63,155 nt of DNA, filler included, from Octopus bimaculoides (GCF_001194135.2; 4 parts of 4 records of this genome joined end to end with filler, not necessarily neighbours in it), one strand, 5' to 3'; shown: positions 12,345 through 24,253, numbered from the whole stretch's first letter. Notes: generated by a model not told the origin, from the letters alone. Numbers and translations: made by a program.

Positions 12345-13050
12345 AAGAAACCATCAAATGGAACTAAAGAAGCCATAAAAGATTCACATTGAATATTAAA
12401 CAAGACATTTTAAAAAGACTTCATATGGAAGATAAAAAAAAATCAGCCACATTGCCAAAACATTAAAGCTTGTAGCCTCTGCAGTGGGAAAAATATATGA
12501 CAGGAGAGAGAAAATTAAGTTAAATACTGCAGAAGCTACTTTATCAATTACCCACATCTTACTTTTTTACAGATCTAATTGTCATGCTTAAAATGAAATA
12601 GCTCTTGAGTGGATGGACTAAGGATCAGACTCAACATAATGTGCTGATAAGCACTATGATAATTAAAAAAGCCAAGAGTTTCTATGATCATTTGTATAAC
12701 AATAAAGATGAAGTTTCCAATGAAAAACCTTTTCTTGTTAGTAAAGGCTGGTTTGAAAGGTTTAAGAAATGACTGATGAAGCAGCCAGTTCTGATACAGA
12801 GTCTGTTACCAAATATCCTGTACAGCTGAAGAAAATGATTACTGAAGGATGCTATACACCAGAGCAAATATACTATGTTGATGAAACTACACTTTTCAGG
12901 AAACCAATACCAGCTAGAATTTTATTTATATATATATATTTTTTTTTTTTGAGAAAAAAGATTTAAAACTTCTTTTGGGAGAAAATGCTGCTGGTGAAAT
13001 GAAATTTAGGCTCCTCCTTGTGTATGACTCTGAAAATCCAAGGGTTGTCA
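12345..13050 (+). mobile_element. pogo/Tigger (TIGD1-like) transposase remnant
   Basis: SKGWFERFKK, DEAASSD..YP..LKKMITEG.Y.PEQIYYVDET.LF, LLLGENAAGEMKFRLLLVYDSENPR. Confidence 0.9.
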
Positions 13051-13306
13051 AGGGTTAGGAATTATATATTAGAAAAAATAATAATCAGGTACTCAGATGT
13101 CTGGATGGTTGTACATTTACAGATTTTTATTCATATATGACATATTTTATAAATTAGTGCTTTCACCTAATCTTGTAGGGTTTTCAATTTTGATTTCACC
13201 TTCAGANNNNNNNNNNNNNNNNNNNNNNNNNNNNNNNNNNNNNNNNNNNNTTAATTAATTAANNNNNNNNNNNNNNNNNNNNNNNNNNNNNNNNNNNNNN
13301 NNNNNN

Positions 13307-13585
13307 AAGCACCACGAGGCTCCGGCAGGGGATGGTGGCGAACCCTGCTGTACTTTTCCACCACAACTTTCTCTCACTCTTACTTCCTGTCTCTGTTGTA
13401 CCTGTAATTCAAAGGGTCAGCCTTGTCATGCTGTGTCACGCTGAATGTCCCCGAGAACTACGTTAAGGGTACACGTGTCTGTGGAGTGCTCAGCCACTTG
13501 CACGTTAATTTCACAAGCAGGCTGTTCCGTTGATCGGATCAACTGGAACCCTCGACGTCGTAAGCGACGGAGTGCTAACAACAAC
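13307..13585 (+). mobile_element. tRNA-derived SINE (family E), head lost in gap
   Basis: GGCTCCGGCAGGGG..AATTCAAAGGGTCAGCCTTGTC..GGAGTGCTCAGCCACTTGCAC; tail shared with 50315-50520 and 52975-53156. Confidence 0.8.
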
Positions 13586-13978
13586 AATTACACCAAGGGA
13601 ATTTACGACTTGTCAGACACCCTAGAGTATATCAACAACGTACTATTCAAAGTAATGTGTGATTTGGACCAGCCCCTAGGTGCTAAATACTCATAGGGTT
13701 GGTTTTCTCTGCATACAAAACTTGAATATCCTATTTGATACCTACCAACCATAGACCGGAACCACAGGTTTATCCAACCCTACCTGGGGCATATCTTTCC
13801 AAGTACCTGATTCTATCTGAATCTTTATTTTACAATATATATATATATATATATATTTATGTATGTGCGTATGTGTTACATCACCCCTTAGAGTATGAGG
13901 GCTGGAACACTAACCTGAGCAGGGTTTCTTCTCTGAAGACCTTCTGCTCTCTTGTGAGTTTCTTACCACGATATATAG

Positions 13979-14052
<74 letters not shown>

Positions 14053-14822
14053 NNNNNNNNNNNNNNNNNNNNNNNNNNNNNNNNNNNNNNNNNNNNNNNN
14101 NNNNNNNNNNNNNNNNNNNNNNNNNNNNNNNNNNNNNNNNNNNNNNNNNNNNNNNNNNNNNNNNNNNNNNNNNNNNNNNNNNNNNNNNNNNNNNNNNNNN
14201 NNNNNNNNNNNNNNNNNNNNNNNNNNNNNNNNNNNNNNNNNNNNNNNNNNNNNNNNNNNNNNNNNNNNNNNNNNNNNNNNNNNNNNNNNNNNNNNNNNNN
14301 NNNNNNNNNNNNNNNNNNNNNNNNNNNNNNNNNNNNNNNNNNNNNNNNNNNNNNNNNNNNNNNNNNNNNNNNNNNNNNNNNNNNNNNNNNNNNNNNNNNN
14401 NNNNNNNNNNNNNNNNNNNNNNNNNNNNNNNNNNNNNNNNNNNNNNNNNNNNNNNNNNNNNNNNNNNNNNNNNNNNNNNNNNNNNNNNNNNNNNNNNNNN
14501 NNNNNNNNNNNNNNNNNNNNNNNNNNNNNNNNNNNNNNNNNNNNNNNNNNNNNNNNNNNNNNNNNNNNNNNNNNNNNNNNNNNNNNNNNNNNNNNNNNNN
14601 NNNNNNNNNNNNNNNNNNNNNNNNNNNNNNNNNNNNNNNNNNNNNNNNNNNNNNNNNNNNNNNNNNNNNNNNNNNNNNNNNNNNNNNNNNNNNNNNNNNN
14701 NNNNNNNNNNNNNNNNNNNNNNNNNNNNNNNNNNNNNNNNNNNNNNNNNNNNNNNNNNNNNNNNNNNNNNNNNNNNNNNNNNNNNNNNNNNNNNNNNNNN
14801 NNNNNNNNNNNNNNNNNNNNNN
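14053..14822. other. Assembly gap (largest of about 16 N-runs; others include 26566-27311, 54239-54569, 25384-25682, 41389-41599)
   Basis: N bases, most bordered by microsatellites or minisatellites. Confidence 0.99.
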
Positions 14823-14892
14823 ATAGTTTTAGGGAAAAGAACCAAGGTATGTGACAGTGGATTTTCATCTTGGTTCTTTTCCCTAAAACTAT
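14823..14892. repeat. Perfect 24-bp inverted repeat with 22-nt spacer next to (TA)n
   Basis: ATAGTTTTAGGGAAAAGAACCAAG / CTTGGTTCTTTTCCCTAAAACTAT. Confidence 0.92.
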
Positions 14893-15132
14893 ATATATAT
14901 ATATATAGCAAAACCAGCAGGGGGACACTGCTGACCTCCCCTGTTCGAAGGTTATAAAGGACACAGGTTTCGTGTGTCACATAGCTAGCTAGAGGCGATG
15001 GCTTCTTGGAGCTAATTCACGGCAGCTTTCGTCCTAATTTTGGGACTGCCATGTTGGCTTGGCGATAACTATTAATTTCCAGTACCGCTGCCGTAGTCTC
15101 CTTTAGAGAGACTTAGAAATATTAATAACTCT

Positions 15133-15163
<31 letters not shown>

Positions 15164-15170
15164 CTACTCT

Positions 15171-15320
15171 GCTGGCTGGTTGATGTTAGGAAGGGCATCC
15201 AGCCATAAAAGCCTTGCCAAAACAGACATAGAAGTCTGGCACAGACTCCTGCCTGGCCAGCTCCTGTCGAACCATCCAACCCATGCCAGCATGGAAGGCA
15301 GACTTTAAACGATGATGATG
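15171..15320 (+). mobile_element. RTE-tail repeat fragment
   Basis: TTAGGAAGGGCATCCAGC..GCATGGAAGGCAGACTTTAAACGATGATG. Confidence 0.8.
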
Positions 15321-15879
15321 TATGTAAGTATGTATGTGTGTATGTATGTATGATAGCTAGATAGATAGAAAGAGAGAGAGAAAGAGAAAGAGAGAAAGAG
15401 AAAGAGAGAGAGCTAGCTAAATAGATAGATAGATAGATAGATAGATAGATTGATAGATATTAAAACATAAATTCATACTATTGGTATTAGCCTGGGATTT
15501 TAGTACACTGTAACCATGCAGCCACTTTGTTTTCAATTATCATTAACAATTGTTTTTCAATAAACCTCCATTCTTGTTTAGTGTCTGCAATTGTTTGAGC
15601 AATTTTCTTGCTGTGTCTTTTGTATGAATACACAAACGTGATCTAAAATTTGGTAATTTCCTCCTACTACTTTTGTAATAAATCACAACAGAAGAATCCA
15701 TTGAGTCTTTTGTTCTGTGTCACACACAGCTTCAATGTATGAATTATGGCAATAATTGCTGGAGGATTCTGCTTCATTAATCAGTCTTTTACATTTATTA
15801 ATTCTTCTGTCTTTCACAAATACTTCCATATCCTGCTGTGGATGGACAGTGGGGATGCACACATGAATATATATATATT

Positions 15880-15918
<39 letters not shown>

Positions 15919-16257
15919 GTGTGCACGCGTGTGTATGTATATATGTATATATGCTCATTATATTGCAATAATAGAAACAGCTATAATTAATCTGATATCT
16001 AGACAATATATGCAAAGTTAACCTGAAAAGCTACAGATCTGAAATTTTGTCTCCATTAATTCCTTGTTTTATTGTAATTCAACCAAATATTAAAAAACTT
16101 TTCCTTAGCCAGGAAAATACATCAATACCATATACACACAAAAGACAAACTTCACAGGCTATCAGTTTATCTCTCTCTCTTTCTCTCCCTTTCTCTCTCT
16201 CTCTCTCCCTCTCTCTTTCTGTATAAATATATGTATACTCATGCATATATTTTCACA

Positions 16258-16293
<36 letters not shown>

Positions 16294-16295
<2 letters not shown>

Positions 16296-16431
16296 TCATC
16301 ATCATCATCATCGTTTAACGTCCGCTTTCCATGCTAGCATGGGTTGGACGATTTGACTGAGGACTGGTGAAACCGGATGGCAACACCAGGCTCCAATCTA
16401 ATTTGGCAGAGTTTCTACAGCTGGATGCCCT
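16294..16431 (-). mobile_element. Young RTE 3'-end fragment
   Basis: Same tail sequence as above, flanked by (TA)n. Confidence 0.9.
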
Positions 16432-16624
16432 ATATATATATATATATACACATGCACACACACACACACATACATATACACATATGTATGTATATGCATG
16501 CACACCTACATGTGTGTGTGTGTGTCTGTGTAGTATAAATACAATAAACATTAAAAAAGACAACATGGGAAGAACAAAGTTTTACAAATATCATATTAGC
16601 TTAATGATTTCATAAAAGTAGAAA

Positions 16625-16665
16625 GTGTCTTAATATTTCTGGCATTGGCCCTTCATCAGAAATTA
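16625..16665 (-). ncRNA. Degenerate minimal hammerhead motif at the end of a strand-skewed repeat (~16620-17100)
   Basis: Minus: TTT-CTGATGA-AG-GGC(CAAT)GCC-A-GAAA-TATTAAGAC; both core blocks present, closing pair of stem II mismatched. Confidence 0.5.
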
Positions 16666-17107
16666 GAAAGACAACAGTATAGGGGAAGTGAGAAAGAGAA
16701 ATAGTCCCCAGAAAAAAAAGTTACAAAGGTGGGAATGTTGTTCAATGACAGAGAAAGTAGGGAGTGGAGGAAGGGCAGATGTGTTGATGCAAGTAGAGGA
16801 TTGTATCTATGACTCTAAGTGGGCATAAGTAGGGAGTAGAATGTGTTTCATTGTGACTATGTATGTGTATAGAAGTGTGTAAGTGTGGAAGTATAAGTGT
16901 TAATGGGAATGTGATGGTTTGATGTATATGTACAATTGTTACATGGGTGGTGTGTATGTGAGGAGGTGAGTGTATACAAGTATGAGAGAGTAAAAGTATT
17001 CATGAAGTATATAGTATGAGATGAGCAAGGTGGAAGATGTTGCTGATGTGTGTGCAAGTGCATAACAAAAGTATGTAGGGGTGTATAGCACATAAAAAAC
17101 AACTTCC

Positions 17108-17416
17108 AAGCACTGGGCCACATGGAGCCAAAGAGAAATGACCAAGACCTTTGGCAATATGCTGTGCTTGAGAAGACCCATTAGGCGAAGTGAAATCATA
17201 GTCATGACAGATATTGGTGTCACACAATTGCCACCTGTGCCAATAGCATGTAAAAGCACCCATTACACTCTTGGAGTGGTTGGCATTAGGAAGGGCATCC
17301 AGCTGTAGAAACACTGCCAAATCAAACTGGAGTCTGGTGCAGCCCCTCAGCTTATCAGTCCTGATCAACCCATCCAATCCATGCCAGCTTTAAATAATGA
17401 TGATGATGATGATGTT
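17108..17416 (+). mobile_element. RTE 3' end (ORF terminus + UTR), older copy
   Basis: GACCTTTGGCAATATGCTGTGCTTGAGAAGACCC plus UTR and (GAT)n, as at 34600-35066. Confidence 0.8.
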
Positions 17417-17469
17417 GAGGGACAATTAGAAAATGGGAGAATATATGCAAATTCCAGGAAGAGAAGAAA

Positions 17470-18010
17470 AGTCTAACGAAATTGGTAAAAGTTGCTAAAA
17501 ATTACCATTTCATACCATCAGCTTCTTGGTTCCAAGTATTCTTTTCTGCTGGTGTCATGATTCTGATTAGAGGTCATCCCAATTGCCAGGAAGTGGCCCA
17601 TGCAGTGTGGTTTCAAAGACACATTTCACATGTGACTTGCAGGATCAGGCAACAAAACTGCAATGGAAGGCCATTGACCCAGGTATGGCTTAAACTGTGC
17701 TTTCTCAGCCAGTCCATCTGGCATTGCTATCCACTCTTCCACCAGTTCAGCTGTTGAGAACATTTGTTCCGTTGTAGAGGACTTTTGCCATTTTTTCAAG
17801 GTATGCCCTTTAGATCTTCTCAAATAGAGGAAACAGACTCTCTTTGTGAAAGTTTTAGCAGGGACAGTCTTGCTACTAAATTAGAGATTCAGGTCTTTCT
17901 CTGAACGTGACTGGTCACCTAGCAGTATAAGAACCAGTATCTGAAGAGAGGCTATATGTTGTGCATCACTCAGGGAAGGAATACTACCTCTGCACAGTTT
18001 TTAAACCTGA
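17470..18010 (-). mobile_element. Very degenerate coding remnant, most similar to an RTE-type RT
   Basis: Patchwork frames: QHIASLQIL, KTF, GIP.K..KVLYNGT, MDWLRK. Assignment uncertain. Confidence 0.35.
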
Positions 18011-18729
18011 TAAAAATGACACAACAATGGTAAAAGGTCTGCACCGTTTACCTGAGTGTCCAGAAGGTGATATGAAACTGGTAACATCAGTGAAGGAGAA
18101 GATATGCATGAGATGAAGAGGTGAAAAGCAAGATGTACACTCATATTATAGAAAGAAAATGGTGAAGAGAAGAGTGGAGAGTAAGGGGAAGGAAACTGAA
18201 GATGAAGTAACGTGTGTGAATGTGTATGTGGCTGAGTAGGTGGACGTCAGCAAGCTAAAGAGTGGGTAGGTGTCAAGCAGAGGTGATAGGCAGAAGGCAG
18301 AAGAAATGTGTGATTCAAAGCTGCCAAACAAAACAGGAGTGCCAAAGTGTAAAAGAATGCATGCATGCATGTATACGAGTGAGTGTATCTGTGTATGTAA
18401 GCATTTATCTGTGAAGAGTAGGCGTGTGTGGTTATGTTGTCGATGTGTCAGAGTACCAATATGTGTGTGAGTGTATGAGTGTGTATATGTGCATATAAGT
18501 GAAAAATGGAGGATTTAATGTAAGTGAGTGTAAGTGGCTGTACAGGTATGTGTGTGGGTGTGGGTGTGGGTGTGCATATGTGCGTGTGTGTGCATGTGCA
18601 TGTGGTTGTGTGTGTATGTTTGTGGGTTTGTGTGTGTCCACATAGTGGTGTGTGCATGTGTCTCGAAGAAACAAGATGGTTGGTAAACAGAGTTATGAGT
18701 GTGTGAATATATGAAGAATAGGTGTGAGC

Positions 18730-18767
<38 letters not shown>

Positions 18768-18864
18768 ATTCATGCGCATGTGTATGTGTGTGTGTGTGTT
18801 GAGAAGAAAAGCCTGTAGGTTAATAAAGATGTGTGTATATGCATATGTATGCTTGTATATGTAG

Positions 18865-18881
18865 CTAGATAGATAGATAGC

Positions 18882-18947
<66 letters not shown>

Positions 18948-18948
18948 T

Positions 18949-19009
<61 letters not shown>
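18865..19009. repeat. (GATA)n microsatellite; other (GATA)n/(TATC)n tracts at ~15355-15460 and 62400-62525
   Basis: Direct reading. Confidence 0.97.
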
Positions 19010-19104
19010 GTGGGTGGGTAGATAGATACATGCATACATGCACACATACATACATATGCATGCATGCAAAAAAGATGCAAGTCATAGATGGAATAAATCA
19101 TATA

Positions 19105-20276
19105 AAAATCTTGGCATAGAGTATTGACAAGTTTATGGCACCCCTACTTTGAAGGCTACCTCCATGCAATACAAGAACAAGAGATCCCTGCCAAGTACCT
19201 ACAGCACAAAAGGCAGAAAACATTTGACAAATGACAAATGTAAGTTGTACAAAGCTAAAACTGAAGGTATCAATCATATTATTGCCAAATATATAAGAGA
19301 ATGTCTTTTAGATACTATCTCCTTGTGAGGTATGATGCAGTGGCTAGAACAATCTGGAATAGAATAAGAATAAAGAAATACCAGCAGACAAAGTTGGCTA
19401 TATTGAGATTTGAGAGTTAAAAGAATACTGGTGGAACTTGAAAATTGAAACAACCATCAAGTTGAAACACAGACAGACTGGTATTGTGTGGGACCATAAA
19501 AAAAAATATGTTCTGTTGTGGAAATCAGTTACTCACTGGACACTAACATGGTCAGAAAAATACAGAAGGGAAAAGAACATTTATGAACCGTTGGTAAGGA
19601 ATTTGCAAATCCAGTACCCAAGGTGATTTACAGTTTCATACCTATTATTATCATCATCATCATCATCATCGTCGTTTAACGTCCGCTTTCCATGCTAGCA
19701 TGGGTTGGACGATTTGACTGAGGACTGGTGAAACCAGATGGCTGCACCAGGCTCCAATCTGATTTGGCAGAGTTTCTACAGCTGGATGCCCTTCCTAACG
19801 CCAACCACTCAGAGAGTGTAGTGGGTGCTTTTCCGTGTCACCCGCACGAAGGCCAGTCAGGCGGTACTGGCAACGGCCACACTCAAGATGGTGTATTTTA
19901 TGTGTCACCTGCACAANNNNNNNNNNNNNNNNNNNNNNNNNNNNNNNNNNNNNNNNNNNNNNNNNNNNNNNNNNNNNNNNNNNNNNNNNNNNNNNNNNNN
20001 NNNNNNNNNNNNNNNNNNNNNNNNNNNNNNNNNNNNNNNNNNNNNNNNNNNNNNNNNNNNNNNNNNNNNNNNAGCCAGTCTAGGGGCACTGGCAACGATC
20101 TCGCTCAAAAATCCTACTACTGGAGCAAAATATATGTACCAACCCATCTGGAGCAAAGTATGGCTGAACTTGAGTTTTTAGGGAGGGAGAAGAACTCCTT
20201 AATTCATACACTATAAATGATCACAATATCTGGGACAATAAAAGTCTGCAAGACCTTCTTAAGATTTAAGGGATGA
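19105..20276 (+). mobile_element. R4/Dong-type (restriction-like endonuclease) non-LTR retrotransposon C-terminus, split by an RTE tail
   Basis: EGYLHAIQEQEI, KCKL..E.I.HII, EYWWN, YEPLVRNLQIQYP before the insertion; YVPTHL..ISGTIKVCKTFLRF* after it. Confidence 0.82.
19651..20118 (-). mobile_element. Young RTE 3' UTR insertion, nested in an R4 element
   Basis: (CAT)n-CGTTTAACGTCCGCTTTCCATGCTAGCATGG, near-identical to 24050-24128 and 61560-61640. Confidence 0.9.
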
Positions 20277-20370
20277 TGATCAAAACAATAGGCTTTCCTT
20301 CACGTTCTTGATATCCAGCAAGTGACCAGTCAAAATTAACTCTAAATTGATGAGAAAAAGAAAACATGCA

Positions 20371-20493
20371 TGTGTACATTCTGGATAAGCTTGGATTTTC
20401 AGAAAAAGAAATCAGCCAACTCACACATTACAAATACATTCTGTAAGCGGAACAGCAAAACTATGCAAGACTTTCCTCAGGTTTAAAATTGAT
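20371..20493 (+). mobile_element. Second R4/Dong-type ORF terminus
   Basis: LDKLGFSEKEI..QIHSVSGTAKLCKTFLRFK, paralogous to 20160-20276. Confidence 0.7.
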
Positions 20494-20599
20494 ATTGTTT
20501 TCATTATCTCCATTCCAATGGTGGAGCTTTGTATGTTTGTTAGAAAGCAGCTCCTTTTTCAAAAGAAGAATTTTAAATGATTAAGAGCAGAAAAGAACA

Positions 20600-20733
20600 T
20601 ACACACACACACATACATACATACATACATACACACACATACACACACACACACACACATACATTCATACACCCATCCATTCATACATACATACAAACAT
20701 ACATAAATACATACATACATACTCACACACACA

Positions 20734-20764
<31 letters not shown>

Positions 20765-20857
20765 GTACGTACGTACATACAAACATACATACATACATAC
20801 ATACATACATACATACATACATTCATGCATACATACATACATACATACATACATACA

Positions 20858-20888
<31 letters not shown>

Positions 20889-20890
20889 GA
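20600..20890. repeat. (CATA)n/(CA)n compound microsatellite; (TATG)n also at ~10895-10957
   Basis: Direct reading. Confidence 0.97.
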
Positions 20891-21134
20891 TAAGAATAAA
20901 TATTTCACAGATATAAAGAGAATATTTCTTCATGCAAAAGTTTCTCAAAAATTCAATGAAACAGAAATAATTTCAGATATATGAATACATAAAAATAGCT
21001 TGAACAGAAATGACACATTGAGATTAAGACAAGGTACACACAATAAGATAAACATACACATTCTATACATCCTTTCCCTAGACATGGCTCTATGCTTTGA
21101 GTAGAAGTGTGTATGTAAAATTATACATAATCAC

Positions 21135-21228
21135 CTCACTTTCATCAACAGGGTATTGTATGAGAGCAATACTAGTTTTTATGCCAACATTGCCACAACT
21201 TTTCCCAGGAAATTCAAGTGCCATTTCT
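21135..21228 (-). CDS. Weak candidate exon (phase 2-0): EMALEFPGKSCGNVGIKTSIALIQYPVDESE
   Basis: Acceptor ctttacatccAG, donor GAG|GTGATT, open frame in unique sequence; phase bridges the TM exon to the exon at 8989-9100. Confidence 0.3.
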
Positions 21229-21361
21229 CTGGATGTAAAGTTTATACACATTCAGAATCAAATAAGGGTATAATGGTTATTTAAAGCTATGTCCATATGG
21301 GGTTTGAGTCTGTGACCCTCACTCACCTGTGAAGTTATTCTCTACCAAATTCCACTTAGAG

Positions 21362-21520
21362 GTGCTGGTGTGACTATTTGGTAATAAGTTTACTTCCCAA
21401 CCACATGGTTTCAGGTTCAGTCTCACTGAATGGCACTTTGGGCAAGTGTTTTTTTTTTTGAAGTCCTAAGCCAACCAAAACTTTGAGTAGATTTGATAGA
21501 TGGAAACTGAAAAAAGCCTA
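21362..21520 (+). mobile_element. SINE family C 5' half
   Basis: CCCAACCACATGGTTTCAGGTTCAG..TTGGGCAAGTG..GGAAACTGAAA. Confidence 0.8.
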
Positions 21521-21748
21521 TTATATATTTATGTATTAGATATTAATAATGGAAGCAGTATTAGTAATGAATAGCAATCTTTATAGTCCAGTTAATGTGG
21601 TTGTACTGTAAGAACACCATAATACAGCAGTATCCATCTCAAGAGAGCACCTCATATAGATGTTTAGTGCTTAGAAACACAGAAATAACAGTTGCAGACA
21701 GAAACTGTCCACTGCTGATGGTAGGACTGCTAGGTCATGTGATTTGTA

Positions 21749-21809
<61 letters not shown>

Positions 21810-21894
21810 CAGGCAAGAAAGTAAATTTCAAATGCAGTATAACCATGAAAACAACAGAAAGATTGGGTATTTTACCCTTATAAGACAAAAAAAA

Positions 21895-22075
21895 GTTGTC
21901 AGCAGATGGTTACAGGATTCGAACTTGTATCCTTCAGGTACTGGATGCATACTCTACCATTAAGCTGAACAATCTGCTGACATAGTTGCCAGCAGATGGC
22001 TATGGGACTCAAACCCATACTCTCAGATAATGGCTGAGTGCTCTACCATTAAGCTAAACAACCCACTGACAACAA
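21895..22075 (-). repeat. Tandem (90-bp period) tRNA-like units
   Basis: Each unit: AGCTTAATGGTAGAG (A box/D arm), 7-nt anticodon loop, GTTCGAATC or TTTGAGT T loop; partial third unit at 22131. Confidence 0.75.
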
Positions 22076-22265
22076 TTACCATCAGTTTTAATGCTAAATA
22101 ATAATAGCTTTTGGAATGCAGCAACAAAAAGTTACCAGCAGTCGGCTATCAGATGCAAACTTTTTCCTGTCTTACAGCTTTACTGCATTCAAAATTTACT
22201 TTCTTTTCTGTAAAATACCAACTACATTCGATGCTTCAATAGTTTGTTTATAAAATGTTGTTGCA

Positions 22266-22313
<48 letters not shown>

Positions 22314-22565
22314 CACTTTTATTAAGGCTGCAAAAGTCTTCACAAACTGTTACTCAGAGTTTCATATTACCGTTCATTGGACAGTTGGGATCATACAAAA
22401 TTAGAATTTACTATGATCACAACTGCCTGACAAATGGTAATGTAAAATTCTGAATAAGAGTTTGTGAAGAATTTTTTTCAACTTTAATAAAAAAGCACGT
22501 TACTCTAACTTTGGTATTTGAGTACGATTTGTTTCCACCTTGTTTTGCATTCATGTGCTTACTCA

Positions 22566-22599
<34 letters not shown>

Positions 22600-23180
22600 T
22601 GTGTGATGCATGTACGTGTGTGTGTTATTGTTTCCTTGCCCTGGCATCATGTGACAGTTGTAAATGATTGTTACCATCATACAAATCCAATCTTCTCTGA
22701 AAATATATCTGGTCATGTAGAAATATTCATTACCTTAATTGGAAGCAGGTAAAGATCGGGAAACAGGAAGAGCATCCAGCCTTACCAAATTCCATCTGAC
22801 CCATGCAAGCATGGAAAAGGAGACATTAAAACAGTGATGACGATGGCAACTATGATGTGGGGTGGCGGTGGCGGTGGAGGGTGGAAGTGGAGGGTGGAGG
22901 CGGAGGGTGGAAGTGGAGGGTAGAGGCAGAGGGTGGAGGAAGGGGTGGAGAAGTCAACAGGGATTTTATGACCAAGTGCTGTGCTGTGAAATTGAACTGC
23001 ATAGTTTTAAAGGGAATTTCTTGACCTTATGAGCATGCCTGCTCTCCTTGTATAAAGATAGTGTGCTTTGAAGTAGGAGGGATGACAACACTTTTTCATA
23101 ATAACCTTTGGATTAGATGATTTTATTCTTCCCCTCCAAGAATCAAATTCATAAGGTTACTTCTAAGACATTTAATAATA

Positions 23181-23404
23181 TACAGAGTTATTCAAAAAGC
23201 ATGAAATGATTTCATTACGCAATATTTTAAAATAAGGAAAAGCAATAGAAAACTCCAGCTAAGTCCCAAGTATTTACTCACATTTATTTCCTGTCTTACA
23301 AGTGTTCTGTGTGGTCATCACCTGCAGCACAGACATCCTCAATGCTTTTCCTTATTAAAATATTGGGTAATGAAATCGGTTCATTCTTTTTGAATAACCC
23401 TGTA
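23181..23404. mobile_element. Tc1/mariner-type MITE
   Basis: ~65-bp TIRs (CAGAGTTATTCAAAAAG../..CTTTTTGAATAACCCTG) flanked by TA on both sides. Confidence 0.9.
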
Positions 23405-23479
23405 TTTATACACATATAAACATGTTTGTATGTGTTTGTACATAAATAAGTAAACATAACTGCAAATATATATAAATAT

Positions 23480-24128
23480 GTGTGTAAGTATCTTGAGAGA
23501 AAAGCTGAACATTAGAAGCATCAGTTGTGGCGTGCAAGAGAGACGATTGCGCTGGTATGGACATGTGGTGAGAATGGAGGAGGATAGCTGCGTGAAAAAG
23601 TGCCACACCCTAACAGTTGAGGGAACCCGTGGAAGAGGTAGGCCCAGGAAGACCTGGGCTGAGGTGGTGAGGCAAGACCTTCGTACATTGGGCCTCACCA
23701 AGGCGATGACTACTGACCGAGACCTTTGGAAATGTGCTGTGTGTGNNNNNNNNNNNNNNNNNNNNNNNNNNNNNNNNNNNNNNNNNNNNNNNNNNNNNNN
23801 NNNNNNNNNNNNNNNNNNNNNNNNNNNNNNNNNNNNNNNNNNNNNNNNNNNNNNNNNNNNNNNNNNNNNNNNNNNNNNNNNNNNNNNNNNNNNNNNNNNN
23901 NNNNGACACCATTTCGAGCGTGGCCGTTTTCGTGCGGGTGACACGTAAAAGCACCCACTACACTCTCTGAGTGGTTGGCATTAGGAAGGGCATCCAGCTG
24001 TAGAAACTCTGCCAAATCAGACTGGAGCCTGGTGTTGCCATCCGGTTTCACCAGTCCTCAGTCAAATCGTCCAACCCATGCTAGCATGGAAAGCGGACGT
24101 TAAACGATGATGATGATGATGATGATGT
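23480..24128 (+). mobile_element. Young 5'-truncated RTE LINE (ORF C-terminus + 3' UTR)
   Basis: Uninterrupted LRWYGHVVRM..EGTRGRGRPRKTW..DRDLW, then 3' UTR ending CATGGAAAGCGGACGTTAAACG(ATG)n; gap lies inside the UTR. Confidence 0.93.
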
Positions 24129-24253
24129 ACAAATGTGCGTAAATATTTCCATACATACATACATATATATATATATTTATAATGTTATACTTGGGGATGG
24201 TCATATTTTGCCTACTAAACACATGCACTATATATTTGGTCTTCACTTCAGCT

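Noticed and set aside
13251-13262. Isolated TTAATTAATTAA islands between 44-nt N-runs (also 30588-30599 and 38277-38288)
   Set aside because: Identical, symmetric placement in three gaps indicates a scaffolding or masking artefact, not biology.
13735-14980. Long ORFs in the track (300+ aa) here and at 25262-25820, 26427-27443 and 54145-54679
   Set aside because: They consist of N-gaps and dinucleotide repeats.
17470-17720. PIF1/Helitron helicase-like words (IAVLLP, NWDD, GNF.QLLP)
   Set aside because: Spacing to a Walker A motif is wrong and an RTE-RT reading fits at least as well; left as a low-confidence remnant.
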